From NCBI GenBank assembly GCA_951406725.2, contig OX597830.1:13826001-13890000 (forward strand): a DNA stretch of 64,000 nt, given 5' to 3'. This document shows positions 11,921 to 26,205 of this stretch, piece by piece. Below the pieces are notes generated by a model. It was given only the letters and a program-made list of their open reading frames with translations. It was not told the origin of the DNA and did not search any database. Origin of the DNA: Octopus vulgaris (taxonomy: Eukaryota). The stretch's first letter is position 1; the number at the start of each line of letters is the position of its first letter. Both the position numbers and the translations under genes were made by a program.

Positions 11921-12967
11921 TTGTTATACCGCGAAGGAAAATTATAGTCGTTAACTAGACTTGACTAAAGATGTGAATAACACCTATATTGCTAGAAATA
12001 GAAGCTAAAGTACTTCAATGCTGTTGCAAAGTGCACAGCATATATTCTGATAGGGGCTGCTCTTAAATAAAGAACTTAAGCAATTTAAACTGAATGTCAG
12101 CGTGTTTTGCCAATATTCTGTTTCAATAAAACACGCACACGCATATCTCAAGATATTAAAATAATATTTTGAAATTAAAAAAAGAAAAGGAAGCAATATC
12201 AAGCTTACACTCTCGGTGATAGATAATGAGTACATGTTTATAAGACGATTCAAAAGTGCCGTAAGCTAGGTTTTCCGTTATTTTGGATACTGTTATTTCG
12301 GAAGTCACGTCGTATCCTATTTCACTAATACATCGATCACGTGCTACGTTTACAGCAATCATCTCTAGCTTGAGTTCTGTCTGCAATTTGGTTTATATTT
12401 TAATGCTGAGAGGAGAGGGGTAACAGTGATGTCTCTTAGTCCTTACCAAACTGGTAAAATTGATGTGATAGATTGATTGTTCAGCTTGGTGCCTTTAAGG
12501 AAAACGGATTATCCTCTATGTGGTTTTTAAATCTACTAGAAATAGCTCCCCACATTACCTTCAAATTCCGTTCGTAGTCTTAAGAAACAATGTCATATTC
12601 TGTAGCATTGTCAGAAGAAAAAGAAAGATGAAAGGAACCGGAGATATAGTTGCAACACTGGAAGAAACGATTAAAACATACTATAACAAAATTCTAAGAA
12701 ATGTTGTATATTACACACGCACACACGCACAGACACATGCGTGCACAGGCGCATACATGTTTACATTAAGTTAATTCAGATGTACTGTAGTGTTACCTTG
12801 TTAATATTTTCTCATTTATCTAGTAATTTCTAAGTCTTCGGCGATAACATATATACTTAAGGCTTCACCATCTTTAGAAAGATATTCTCAATAGTTTTGA
12901 AATTAAATACCATTCTTATTAGTAAGAATTAACCAGGAATATTACAATAGATTATCACCATTATCAC

Positions 12968-13114
<147 letters not shown>

Positions 13115-13116
13115 GA

Positions 13117-13745
13117 AGGCGGCGAGCTGTCAGAATCGACAGTACTCTGGTCAAAATGCTTAGCGGCTTTTCGTCCGTCTTTACTTTCTGTGTTTAAATA
13201 CCGTCGAAATGGACTTTGGCTTTAATCATTTCGTGGTCAATTAAATAGATACCAGTTGAGCACTGGAGTCGATGTAATCGACTGTATCCTCCCTTGAAAT
13301 TTTTGGTCTTGCTCTTTTCCAAAATTTGAAAGGATTATTAGAAAGGCAGCGAGCTGGCAGACTACTTAGCACGCCAGACAAAGTGCTTAGTAGTATTTCG
13401 GTCGGCATTACGTTCTGAGTTCAAATACGAAGAGGTCGACTGTGCCTTTCATCGATAAAATACAAACCAGCTGATTACTGGGGTCGACATAATCGACTTA
13501 CTCTTGCCCGAAATTGCTGGCCTTGTGCCAAATATTTGAAACCATTATTATTGCGAATGTGGTTAGATAGCAGAATCGTTAGTATGCCGGATAAAATATT
13601 TAGCAGCTTTTTGTCCGTTTTTATGACCTGAGTTCAAATACCGCCATGGTCGACTTTGAGTTTCACTCTTTCGGGCTCGATAAAATAAGTACCACTCTAG
13701 CACTTGGGTTGATGTGATCGACTTAGCCCCCACCCCATAATTCCA
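13117..13745 (+). mobile_element. SINE family A, three older diverged copies head-to-tail
   Basis: Heads at ~13117, ~13344 and ~13560, each followed by the B-box and central domain. Confidence 0.8.
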
Positions 13746-15089
13746 GGCATAGGGAGGCGGAAGAGACATGAAGGGGGCCTTCTCCTATGTACTTCATTAA
13801 AAGATCTACTCAGTGCGATCTCTCTAAAAATATAGTTTCTCCACCCAGCGACAACAGATACTCAATCCAAAGGCAGTGTGCAGATTGGATGGAGTAAACA
13901 AAAATAAGAAAAACGAAAGCTTTCTGAAAAAATATTCAGTATTTTTTTATGCCTCTTATAATTTGAAATTATCAGAATAAATAGTTTGTATATTTATTTT
14001 CATTTTTGCCTTTTCTTCTATTGTAGACGTGTGTGTGTTTGCTGATCTGGCAGTTGTGATGTCGTAACTTCTTGATAAACTATGGCTGATTGATCGATAG
14101 AAGTTGTTTGATCCTACGATGCCCCGTTATTTTCAGGTTTTTACTTTTTGTACTTGCAAACTAATACCTACTCACATACATTACCACCCGATAAAGTTAT
14201 TTTATTGTCGAAGTTGGTCGTATTTACGAAAAGAAGTAAAGATCTTTAAAATTTATAATTTTCAATTTACTGTTTTAGTAATAAAAATTTCTCTTTCGTG
14301 TAACATCACCCTACAGATAAGATCTGTTTTTGCTTCAGCTTTAGAATACGACTTGTTCAAAGTTTTATCTTCCATTCCACTGAATCTTTTCATTTTCTTT
14401 TTACCTTTATTTTTCACCGTCGCTAGCCGACAATTTTGTGTTATTGTTATTTTCGTGTTACATTGCAAATCAGTGTCTCTGATGATAGTGATTTGGTACC
14501 TGTCACCGGTTGCCAGTGCTATTACTCAGCATCATTTTTGTCTATGGCTTTCAATTTTTAGCTATCTTTGTTGAACATTAGTTATTATTTTAGTGGATGT
14601 CTACCACTATAAGTATCCGGTCGTAAAGTGGTGGATAAAAAAAAGACAGAAAGCATCCGAAAAAATATCGTAAATAAGTAGATTTAAAAAAAAATCGGAA
14701 AATATGTCGATACTTGAAGATAAACTCAAGGACGTCACTAAAAACGACACATCTTAATAACAATCCAAAATAGCTTTTTCACTCACAAAATGATTTGAAT
14801 CGTTACTCTGGAGACAATATTTTTATTAATAAAAGTGTAAGCAGAATTGTAAGCTCAAATATCGTTTCATGGTTGCTTGAATTTTAGAGGGATCCATGAA
14901 ATACACAGTTCATTTTCAAACCTATCATTTTCCTGACACGTTTCTGGCGCTTCTCTGTTTCCAGGGCCCTATGAAAGTGAAACATTATTTTGAAGAAAAG
15001 CGATTTAATAGAAACAAAATACTTAATCTGTAATCATAGATTTGCCATTAATCGCTCGAATGCTTTTCTATTAAAATTTGATTTAATTC

Positions 15090-15420
15090 GGCTGCAGGCC
15101 TCATATCTAAACCCAGACGTAAGAATAACAGAAGTATGTATAAAAAATTTGACTTAGTGTGCTTCTGGATAGATTAAACGAAGTGGATTTACGTGGCTGT
15201 TGCCATTTCCTGTTTTGTTTTTGAGACTATCTTCTCTTTGCTTTTATTCAGATTATATTTTCGCACAGAATACTCAGTTTGCCACGGAATATTCAGCTTT
15301 CTCCAAAAAATTCCTTTCAGATTTTTTCTTTGCTTCGGGTAAGGTATATAAAAAAAGGGCTAATGAACCAGTAAGAAGTGTCTCTTTTGAGAAGCTTCTT
15401 GTATTCCCGAATGCATCTAC
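15090..15420 (+). pseudogene. Possible hAT transposase C-terminal remnant
   Basis: ASYLNPDVR, then AFSKKFLS..FFFASGKVYKKRAN...SFEKLLVF, loosely resembles the hAT dimerisation domain; contains stops and lacks the SER motif. Confidence 0.3.
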
Positions 15421-16064
15421 AAAAAATAGGAGAAACATATCGCCTGAAGATATTGGAGATGAAAATTCACCGACTGATATGGCTAGCGAAGTTCAATCTT
15501 GGGATCTAGACCGAGCCAGCTTGTTTTCTGCCAGAGAAAACAATGTGTCCATGTTCTTTCGGAACCCAGAATCTTGATGCCATTATAAAAAAATAGTGAA
15601 GGAAAACTGGATGGGCACTGCCATTATTTTAAAAATTTCAATATTTTCTATTATTTGTGACTATAGTGAGAAACGTTTGAGAAAGAGGATTCTGTATCGC
15701 CCATCAAAACGTGCAGTTCATTGCTTACCTCTTTTTCCACTTCATGACAAACCGCCGTCGTAGGTTTTGCAACAAGGAAGCATTCATGATTTTAAAGATA
15801 GGAGAGGAGAAAATGAAAATGCATGAGCAAAATAAATGTCACAAATATTCTGTGTTGCAGTTGAATGTCTTATGCAGGGAATGTTCTCATGTTAATAGGG
15901 AGTGCAGGAAAACAAGAAATACTGAACTGAGATATTTTAGTATGTTGTGGCTGTGACAATATTTGTATGTGAGCCCATGATATCAGGCTGAGTAAAAAGT
16001 AAGCAATGTTTTGAAACATGAAATTCATCACAATATATTTCAACAATGCGGAAATTTTATTCAT

Positions 16065-16498
16065 CAACGTAAGAACCATTACAATCAACACATTTTTACC
16101 AACGAGTTACACGTTTGTTTATTCCGATAGCATTAAAAATCTGGAGTTCTAGAGCTGATGAACTCTTTGAACGCATTTTTAGTATTGATTTGACTTTTGA
16201 ACTCTTTTTGAAGGTGCTTGGAAAAGTGGTAGTCGGTAGGAGAAAGGTCTGGGGAATAAGCTGGGTGGAGAAGAACTTTGTAGCCAAGTTTTTCGTAAAT
16301 TTTGGCGATTTCGTGGCAATATGTTTCTGCAGTAATACATTTTCCAGGTTTTAAGTAGTTATAGTGGATGAGTCTAGCAGTACATCACCAAACAGTCACC
16401 ATAACCTTCTTTTTGAAAAGCTCGGGTTTAGGGAAGGTTTTCGGTGCTTCATTTTGGTCCAATGTTTTTATTGAGGTACAGAACCCACTTTTCATCGC
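16065..16498 (-). mobile_element. Mariner transposase remnant, C-terminal half
   Basis: Minus-strand motifs DEKWVLY, KKVMVTVW, LGYKVLLHPAYSPDL-SPTDYHF and RW.KCVDCNGSY; frameshifts and an internal deletion. Confidence 0.9.
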
Positions 16499-16512
16499 GG
16501 CATACTTTTTTA

Positions 16513-18200
16513 AAGCTCGTAGGAGAGACGATCTAGTCCCGGCGACTTGTTCCTGCTGCAGTCCGACAAAGCCTCCTGCACCTCCGTAGCTGTGATCGGC
16601 CCCTCACAACCCTCCGCTTCCCGCCCCAAAGATACGCGGACGCTAGTGAGGAAGTCCCACCTACATTACGGTCCGCTGTCCTTCCCGAAAAGCAGGGCGA
16701 AATGCTCCTGAAAGACCTTGCATATCCCCACGGGTTCGTTTACCAAGTTCCCTTGATTATTCACCCTTTGATGAATAATCTTAAAGTCCCAATATTTCAA
16801 CGTTGGGTCTCTATTACACGGGCCCATCCCGCGCCTTTGATTCCTTCCCGTCGCATTGTACGTTACTTAGCCCTGACTACGCATCCTTCGTTTTTAGCCT
16901 TTGAGGTGATGGTTAAGCGCCATTCTCGCAGCTAAAACTCAGGGCGCGAAGCCAGATTCCATTGCTTCATCTAGAGCCCTAACTAAAGCACTTTCTACTC
17001 TATTTTTCTGAACCACTAGCTCTTTGCTAGACCTAATAGACTCAAATTTTATGGCTCTACCATTTGTTGTTAATAATGGCACCGCACAATGCCCTCATCA
17101 TTAACTGTCTAATCCGACTCCTGTATTTCTCACGTGCCAAAAGTGATTTATTGAGTTTCCAGTAACCGGATTCCTATCTACGTAACTTATCTAAGTCACA
17201 AATTTGTGATCACTGTATCTGACAGTGAAATTGTGGTGACTAACTAGATTTTTGTCTATTTCCCTAATTAGAATCCTGTCTAGATATGATCCACATGAAC
17301 TATCGTCATTAGTCCATGTTCAGAATGGGTCGCTTGGGATATCTAGTCTGTACCTCTCTGTCAGCTGAAATCGACTGAGCAGATTACTGAAGCAAGGGTT
17401 TCCTCTCCTATCAGTAGACGAGCCAGCGTAATCTACGCGTGCATCGCAGATTACGTTAAAGTCACCTAACATTACTGTGAGACGTCCCTAGAAACTCCTC
17501 CAGGCCTCGAAAAAAATCAGACTGCCCAGTTCCCGAGGGAGCGTAGACAGCTACCAGTCTGAAGACCTTACCACTGCATAGTGTCACGTGAAGAACGACC
17601 AACCTACTTTTCGGGTCGATGAAGATAGCTCATGTCTCTAAATCCAGACATTTTCCGTGCAATACAGCAACACATCTCCCTCCTCCAGGTAGGCATGAAG
17701 AAATAAAATTTTCGTAGGCATTTAGGAGTGGGGGAACCCTCTCGACTACTCAGTCTGGATTCTGTGGTAACCACTATATCCATCATATGTAACCTGAAGT
17801 CATTCAGGAAACGACCTTGCTTCCATCTTGCCCCCAGGCCACGTATATTTAAACAACCAACATAAAGTGTATCCATAGCATTGTAATTGCCGGTTAGAGA
17901 TGGGTTGCACTACCATTGCGAGGTGTCGTTGACTAGGCCACCAAACATTACTGGGGAAAAGTCTTTCCTCAGAGGGCCTATGTAGATTTTAAAACGAGTT
18001 GCTAACATATTATAGTTAGACCTGTCTATTCTAAATACTGCTGTATTTTGGGGGATGTTTTCCCCCGCAAAGTTTTTTCTAATGTTGTCCGCATTGGGAA
18101 CGTTTTTTAATTGTTGCAGTGGTGACTTGTTCGTCGTCACTAATGCAGTGTAATCGATGTCTAGACGGGAGGGGAACATTTTAATCTGTTTTTTTTACGG
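16513..18200 (-). mobile_element. L1/Tx1-like LINE: APE endonuclease and linker of ORF2, decayed, RT core missing
   Basis: ORF2 start at 17876 MDTLYVGCLNIRGL...DIVVTTESRL, then GDFNV, TWTN...YLDRIL, SDHKFV, GYWKLNKSLL and NKSPGLD.LSYEL near 16530; 17910-18200 may be the ORF1 end. Confidence 0.85.
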
Positions 18201-18844
18201 GGTGGTTGTGTGTTCTGTTGGTTGTTGTTTTTTCTCGTTGTAGTGCTGGTGAGGTTAATTATTGCTGACACAGGTCATCATCAATTTCATAGGGCTTGTA
18301 TTTTTCCCTTAGATTTCCCTTCCCAGAATTTGCATAACATCAGAGTTGAACTTATTTGCTATCGCTCTGGAAATGCAATAGACTATACAACCGTTTTATA
18401 GAATTCGATAATTTAGCCATATAAGAAATAAATATTCCGAATCACATCGATTTCCTATATAATTTTTTTTTTAACGACGGACTCAGGTAAACTTCAATAA
18501 CTTCAACATTTCCACAGATTAACGTCGAAGTTACACCAATATCCTCTTTATGTGTTTTTGTAATAGCTTATTATTATTTAATCAGTCATTCACTTCTCTG
18601 AATGCTGAATACGTTAGAATTCCCATCGTGTCCAATTTGTAGTGCAATGTGGTTTTGTTGAATGTTTTTTTAAAGTTTGATACGAAGACACACAATTACA
18701 CCCACGCGAAGACACACGCACACACACACAGGAGTATGAATTCACATACACGAACAATACTCATATGCAAACGTTAAATACTCACACAAGCTTATGTTAT
18801 AGGTCCCGGTGTAGATCTCTTACTCTCTCTAAATATATGCCTCT

Positions 18845-18859
18845 TTCTCTCTCTCTCTC

Positions 18860-18892
<33 letters not shown>

Positions 18893-18980
18893 GTATGTCT
18901 GTGTGTATGCATAAATGTATAAAATCGTATGTTTTATCCACAATGGACAAATCATATGTGTATATGTGTGTGTGTATTTA

Positions 18981-19015
<35 letters not shown>

Positions 19016-19245
19016 GGACAAGTACAGTATATGACCTGTCCATTGTTGATAAAAGATACGCAAAATTTTATATATACATACATACATACATACATACATA
19101 CATACATACATACATACATACATACATACATACATGCATGCATACACACACAAGAGAGAGAGAGAAAGAAAGAGAGGGAGTGAGCGTATGTATTCGTAAG
19201 CATTTATATATGTACAAAGGTGCACATACGAGTACACACATACAA

Positions 19246-19291
<46 letters not shown>
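18845..19291. repeat. Compound (CT)n/(CA)n/(TACA)n microsatellites
   Basis: Direct reading. Confidence 0.9.
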
Positions 19292-19293
<2 letters not shown>

Positions 19294-19502
19294 TCACGTT
19301 TGCATTCACAGAAAAACCTGTACTACGTACTTCACACCGAACGTTCTGAAGACTCTTTTTTTTACGTTACTAATTAGCTATATCTCTGCAAATATTTAAT
19401 AGGTTACTTTTGATGTTTCACCTAACTAGATGGTCTTGAAGAAGTCGAAACATATTTTTTACCACTTTATGTCTTGCCTGATAAATATATATATATACAT
19501 AC

Positions 19503-19548
<46 letters not shown>

Positions 19549-20023
19549 AAAAAGGTATAAAAAGTTGTGTTAAAAAATACAAAGAAGAAATAGAACATGT
19601 ACTACAAACCACTTTAGGCTGATCTACTTCAACTTAGAAATGCTTAAAAAGTTACAGAAGAAAAAATAATTAGTATATTCCACAGAAGAACTTGTACATT
19701 TTTTTGTTCTGTTTTTCTTCTTTTTACTATATCCCCTAGAGGTAAGTAGCTGATGGTTGTATAACATATTTTTACTATTTGTAATATTTCTTTCGTCAAC
19801 CATACTAATAACAATTTAGCAGGAATAACATAAATATTAAAAAAAATAAAATAACGACCCCTTGTAAATACATCGAAGAGAAAATCTTTGCAAAAGAGCA
19901 GCTGTTCAATTCGCAGTCTACTTTCTCATACTTCGCTTTCTGCTTGTCCATTTCTTTAACTACAACATCTCTCACATAGACATTTTGACGCGGTCTGTGC
20001 CTGAGTGTGTGTGTGTGTTTGAA

Positions 20024-20095
<72 letters not shown>

Positions 20096-20209
20096 ACGTG
20101 CGTGTGTGTGTGTATTATATATGATAGACAGTTAGAGAAAGGACGCTGCAAAGTGTCTGTCAGAAATGTGATAATGAAAGAAATGGATAAATGAATACAT
20201 ACATACATA

Positions 20210-20277
<68 letters not shown>

Positions 20278-20294
20278 GATAGATAGATAGATAT

Positions 20295-20707
20295 GGCGCA
20301 GGAGTGGCTGAGTGGTAAGTAGCTTGCTTACCAACCACATGGTTCCGGGTTCAGTCCCACTGCGTGGCATCTTGGGCAAGTGACTTCTGCTATTGCCCCG
20401 GTCCGACCAATGCCTTGTGAGTGGATATGGTAGACGGAAACTGAAAGAAGCCTGTCGTATATATGTATATTTATATATATAGATGTGTGTGTATATGTTT
20501 GTGTGTCTGTGTTTGTCCCCCTAGCATTGCTTGACAACCGATGCTGGTATGTTTACGTCCCCGTCACTTAGCGGTTCGGCAAAAGAGACCGATAGAATAA
20601 GTACAGGGCTTACAAAGAATAAGTCCCGGGGTCGATTTGCTCGACTAAAAGCGGTGCTCCAGCATGGCCGCAGTCAAATGACTGAAACAAGTAAAAGAGT
20701 AAAAGAG
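20295..20707 (+). mobile_element. SINE family B, full-length (tRNA-like head, CORE-like motif, internal microsatellite, AAAAGAGT tail)
   Basis: A-box-like GTGGCTGAGTGGTAAG, B-box-like GGTTCAGTCCC, CTTGGGCAAGTGACTT, tail AAAAGAGTAAAAGAG; about 10 copies in the window. Confidence 0.9.
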
Positions 20708-20846
20708 AGAGTAAAGAGTATATATAGATATGTATATATACATGTGTATATATATGTATATATACATTTATTTTTTATACATGTGTGTGCGTCCGTGTAT
20801 ATTCACTGCACTCCCATATCTATCAATCAATCAATCAATCTATCTA

Positions 20847-20915
<69 letters not shown>

Positions 20916-21558
20916 CAGTGTTTGTTTTATTTTCTAATTTATGTGATTATAGCTACTCTTTGTTCTCATGTTCCCCCTGGACTTTAATCGCCTGAATTAT
21001 CGATCTCTTACTGAAATTTTCTGATATTTAGGAGATGGTTCAGGTTAAAACACAGTGAGAATGCAAATAAATAAATTGGAAAATATGGCCGACTAACTAC
21101 AACAAATATTCCCCCTTCTCCCCCTAAAAGAACAGAGGTTAATTAAAACTGATGTAGCTCCCTCATTTTGTTGTCTGAAAGATCTATGATCAAAGGCTCT
21201 CCAATTGAGCCCCTCATGTCTTTTACGTATTTCTGACTACATTGCCCAATTTGTTATTCTCTTTTAAGTTGACAAAGTGAGATTTTAAGGGTTTTGGCTG
21301 CTTTTTCCAGCAGAGCGAATGTAGATTCTAACTTTTCCTTACAGATGTAAATATATATACGGGGAATGGTTTCTTAAAGATTATTCTGCTACGTAATAAC
21401 GTTTAACTTGCATATTCTTAGTATAGTACACGGACGTAATACCTATATATTCAGCAGAAAGTAATTTTGGGACAACACAACAATTAAAATATGGTTCATT
21501 AATATTGGTTCGAAATTTTGGTACCAGACCAGCAAGTTCGGATAAGAGAGCAAGTTGA

Positions 21559-21977
21559 GAATCTTTTCGGTTTGAACGGCAGTTTTTAAAAATAATTTCC
21601 ACGTAACTAAACACTTTTTAACTTCGTATACTGGTAGAATGTGTTTATAAAACATCGTTTTCTCTTGGCTTTATTGAGAAAATTCTATAGTTTGTAAGAT
21701 ATTTGTTGTTCTTTTTCTTCAATTTCTGCAATTTCAACCAATCAATGACGTCTATTGAGGTAAAAACCATTCTGTGCCGTATGAATATGTCCCTCGTTTA
21801 AGAAACAGATTGGGTTTATTTACATTTGTGAAAAAAAAAAGATACCCCCACCCCCACCCCTAACTCTAACCCTAAAAGAGATTGAAATGCAATAGATCGA
21901 TTCTAGGGTCATAATTATGGGTGGCAATTTCATATGACACCGCTAGAAAAAAACTGCCGTTCAAACCGAAAAGATCC
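21559..21977. mobile_element. Merlin-like MITE, copy 2, nested in a family A SINE
   Basis: Same TIR and body as 405-814; 8-bp TSD CAAGTTGA (21551-21558, 21978-21985); SINE sequence on both sides. Confidence 0.85.
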
Positions 21978-22119
21978 CAAGTTGATTATATCGATCCTTA
22001 TGATCAACTAAAAATTTGAAGAAAGAACAGATGCTGCGAAGCATTTTGCCCGGTGTGCTAACGACTCTGCCAGCTGGTCGCCTTATGCGAGTCATTAATA
22101 TTACTTATTCGATTAAGAT

Positions 22120-22365
22120 GGAAAACTGGCAGAATCGTTACCGCATCGGGAAAAATTCTTACTGGTATTTCGTCCGTCCTTACATTCTGAGTTCAAATTC
22201 CGCCAGGGTCGATTCTGTCCTTTATCTTTTCGAGCTTACGAACCACATGGTTCCGGGTTCAGTCCCACTGCGTGGCACCTTGGGCAAGTGTCTTCTACTA
22301 TAGCCTCGGGCCAACCAAAGCTTTGTGTGTGGATTTGGTAGACGGAAACTGAAAGAAGCCCGTCG

Positions 22366-22432
<67 letters not shown>

Positions 22433-22618
22433 AACATCGCTTGACAACCGATCCTGGAGTGCTTACGTCCCCGTCATTAGCGGTTCGGCAAGAGAGACCG
22501 AAGAATAAGTACTAGGCTTACAAAGAATAAGTCCTGAGGTCGATTTGCTCGACTAAAGGCAGTGCTCCAGCATGGCCGCTGTCAAATGACTGAAACAAGT
22601 AAAAGAATAAAAAGAATA
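22120..22618 (+). mobile_element. SINE family A head fused to a 5'-truncated family B SINE
   Basis: A-type head 22120-22232, then family B from GCTTACGAACCACATGGTTCCGGG to the AAAAGAAT tail. Confidence 0.8.
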
Positions 22619-22724
22619 ACTGAATTGGGTATATAAGAGGCGAAACGATTCTTTATAATGGGATTTCTGCTGTCGCAGAATGTGAAAGGTGTCTTTGAAT
22701 TTTTTACTCTCAAAACTATGGAAA

Positions 22725-22905
22725 TGGTTGCAAGACGCAACGAAAATTTTAGGAAAATAAAAATAAGAAAAAAGTGGAAATTTTACCGGTGAGTGTGTTA
22801 AATAATAAGGCACAAAAAGAAAATGACTCTCCCCAGACACATCAGAATATGCTTCAACACACGAACACATATAAGGAATCTTGCAAACCAAATCCAAAAA
22901 CGAAA
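22725..22905. repeat. Second copy of the 6332-6565 repeat family
   Basis: GGAAATTTTACCGGTGAGTGTGTTA.ATAATAAGGCACAAAAAGAAAATGACTCTCCCCAGACAC...CAAATCCAAA shared with the first copy. Confidence 0.85.
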
Positions 22906-23429
22906 TATGTCTTTGAATTGCTAAAGTTAAATTCCAGGATGTGATTCTACCTATAAGATTTGTGTGCTTAAAAAACATGACCCATGTAATGACTGTATGA
23001 TAGGGATTTAAAGGGAAGCGGTTAAATAAGAGAAACGTTGCTTTGGACCATATTCATATATTCAAAACTGTTGTGAAAACGATTAAAGAAAAGGTGAATT
23101 CGAAGTTTTGGGCTGGTCATTCAAAATGGCAAGGATAAGGGCGTTGGAAGGCAATTAATAAGGGAGGAAAATGTAAGAAAAAAAAGTGAGCTAACACCCT
23201 TTTTTATATTACTTCCTTGAAGAACATGCTTGTCGGCAAATTAGATTTGACATCAACTTAAGGTATACAAACTTAGCGCTAATTTCCGTTTTTCCTTGTC
23301 ACTGCGTAGCATATGGCGGTTAGCAAATTTATCGTAAGACTAAAAGTTATTACGAAAAAAATAAAATAAAACGTGAGAGACGGACGACAAATCGTTCACT
23401 TTTGTTATAAGATTGCGTTAATTTTTCTT

Positions 23430-23655
23430 TTATTTATTTCAGTCATTAGACTTCGGCCATGCTGGGGCACCGCCTTGCAAAATGTTAGTCGAATGCATCG
23501 ATCCCAGTACTTATTTTTTCTACGTTTGAACCTGGTACTTAGTCCATTGTGCTCGTTTGCCGAACCGCTAGGTAACGGAGACGTCAACACATCAATACTG
23601 GTGTGTGAAGTGGTGGTTGGGGTCAAACACAGGCACAAATACACAGGCAGACAGA

Positions 23656-23717
<62 letters not shown>

Positions 23718-23910
23718 AACACATACACACACACACACACGTACATGACAGGTTTCTTTCGGCTTCTCTCTACCAAATCCACTCACAAAACTTTAGTCGG
23801 CCCAAGGCTATGGTGAAAGACACTTACTCGAGGTTCCACGCAGCGGGACTGAACCCGAAACCGTGTGTTTGGAAAGTAAACTTCTTCGCACACAGGCACG
23901 CCCGTGCTTG
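23430..23910 (-). mobile_element. SINE family B, diverged full-length copy
   Basis: Reverse complement of family B with an internal (CA)n tract. Confidence 0.85.
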
Positions 23911-25044
23911 TATCTCATAGATATATATATGGTATCATTCATCCTGCCCCGAACTTTGAATATTTTCATTTAGAATTAATTGTTTGTTATATTGTATCCA
24001 TAGCCACAGTGTTGGTGTAGTACACACTTTGCAACATTTGTCTTCGTATTTTGTCACTACTAACTGTAATTTCCAAGAAGCCATTTCTTTCTAATCGTAT
24101 TTAATATAATAATGTTTATGTCCTAGGTGCACTGCTTTGTTTAATCTAGACATCAGCAGATTTAATTTGTTCAGAAATAATATATGTAAACTAAATATAA
24201 CTGATATGTTAACTAAATATATTTTGACTTTCAAGTGTTTTAAACCTGGATGCTTTGAGGCAGTCATCTCAACCGCGCCATTTTGTACCCTACGGTGGAC
24301 GAGCTAGTGGCATATGTTCTATGTTCGACAATATTAACTTATAATTCTTTAAAATTTCTAGACACAATAAGCCATTCTTTCCAGACGTCAATCTTGGTAT
24401 TTATACCTTTCTGAAAGACAACGTCTAGAGGAGAAAATCTTATTTACACATCTCCAGTTTAACATTCGAAAAAAGAAAATTATTTTTGCCATATATATAA
24501 TTCGTATAGATATAATTTGTATTCCAGTTTTCACTGGTAAACTATGTAAATTCCATGATACGATACTACGGAGGTACAGTCACATAATACGTATATAAGA
24601 TTACACTTCATTATATTATCTCAGATAAATGTTGACGATGAATCAGACAAGTGTTTGGGGCTGTATAGAATAATATCTGAAAATGTAGCCACGACAGTCA
24701 AGACAATATGGTCAAGAAGTCTCCCTTCTAAACCTGTGGTACTTAGGTTCGAGCTCAATGAGAAATACATTGTAGAAGTTTTTTTTATAACACCACTATA
24801 TCTGGGGGTCCAGTTCCTAACGTGTGGGATTTGGTAGAGGGAAACCGTAGAGAATCCCAGCATGTTTGCATATATACACAATTGTATCTATGTATATGCC
24901 TATATGTGTCTGTGTGTGCGCGCGGGTACTCCTAAGAGTGTGGAGAGAGTTTATATAAACTTTAATATATAGAAATAATAAAATAAATGTATGCAAATTA
25001 TAAAAGTAATAAAAAATATACTATTCGGTACAGCACTGTTTCTA

Positions 25045-25112
25045 CTTCGCGGATTTTCACACATCGCGGGGGGTTTGGAAACGTAACACCCGCGATAGTC
25101 GAGGGATTACTG
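25045..25112. mobile_element. pogo/Tigger-like transposon end
   Basis: ...CGCGG.GGG...CCCGCGAT..CGAGGGATTACTG followed by TA; only one end is visible. Confidence 0.55.
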
Positions 25113-25557
25113 TAATATGTTATATCTGATGTCTATACTTTATATTTATGCATTACAATCATAATTAATACTTTATATGTATGTACTTTGCTGTACAGTA
25201 GATCCCTTAGGGAAGCTCCATTGGGTATGGTATGTGACAATGCATCCTATACGATCAACACGTAATCGCTTGGTCTTCTAAACTGACACAATAAGTAGCA
25301 CGGCCGATTTGATTAGTTTCTCATAGCTGAGGATTCAAAGTATTGATTATAGTCTCACGAAGTGCAGTTATTCACCTGTACTTCTCTTGTATTAGATATT
25401 CTGATTATAAAATATTTTTTCCCACTGATATTTTTTACCCTATGATGTTATTAGATATTGATTTAACCCACGCAGTTATAAAATTCTAGCACTGACATAT
25501 TGATGGTAGAAATTAAAATATACTGTCTAGCTTCATTTGAATCTGTATGCTATAGAG

Positions 25558-25755
25558 CAGTGGTTCCCAAACTATGAGTCGCGATCCACAGATGGATCGC
25601 GAACGGAATCTTGGTGGGTCGCAAAAAGTTATAAAATTACGCATTAGCTTTGATTAACTGCTGTCTATCGAGATAGTTCAGTAGAGTTAAGTGGGTCGTC
25701 ATAAACTGGTGTGATAAATAGTGGGTCGCGGCTCTAAAAAGTTTGGGAACCACTG
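25558..25755. mobile_element. hAT-Charlie-like MITE (198 bp)
   Basis: TIR CAGTGGTTCCCAAACT / AGTTTGGGAACCACTG; perfect 8-bp TSD CTATAGAG (25550-25557, 25756-25763); internal GGGTCGC repeats. Confidence 0.92.
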
Positions 25756-26034
25756 CTATAGAGACTATAGTATACAGACTCCAACAATGCTTTGTAGCAC
25801 GGAGCTTCTTACCACTGTAAAACAATGTGAATGCATATTTCGCTTCTGATTTTAAGCAGTTATTATTTTTATGTGATATAAACAATTAAACAATTTGTTT
25901 TCGTTTGTTCAGCAGGTTGTAGTGTTAACATAAACTAGATAGCTCATATTTTCTTTATAAGGTATATACCTGAGGTAAATTGTAGCCGTTAATCTTAAAT
26001 CTCAAAAGATATTAAGGCATTTAACTATCTGTTG

Positions 26035-26205
26035 AGCCGTTACGTTGTGAGTTCAAATTTCGCCGAGGTCGACTTTGCCTTTCATCCTTTCGGGGTTGAT
26101 AAATTAAGTACCAGTTACGCACTGGGGTCGATGTAATCGATTTAATCCCTTTGTCTGTCCTTGTTTGTCCCCTCTGTGTTTATCCCCTTGTGGGTAATAA
26201 ATAAA
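26035..26205 (+). mobile_element. SINE family A, 5'-truncated
   Basis: Central domain and tail; flanking near-duplication TATCTGTTGA(G/A)CCGTT. Confidence 0.85.

Noticed and set aside
14050-14574. Possible R4/Dong LINE C-terminal remnant on the minus strand, or the 156-aa plus ORF
   Set aside because: Only faint motif echoes; too degenerate to support.
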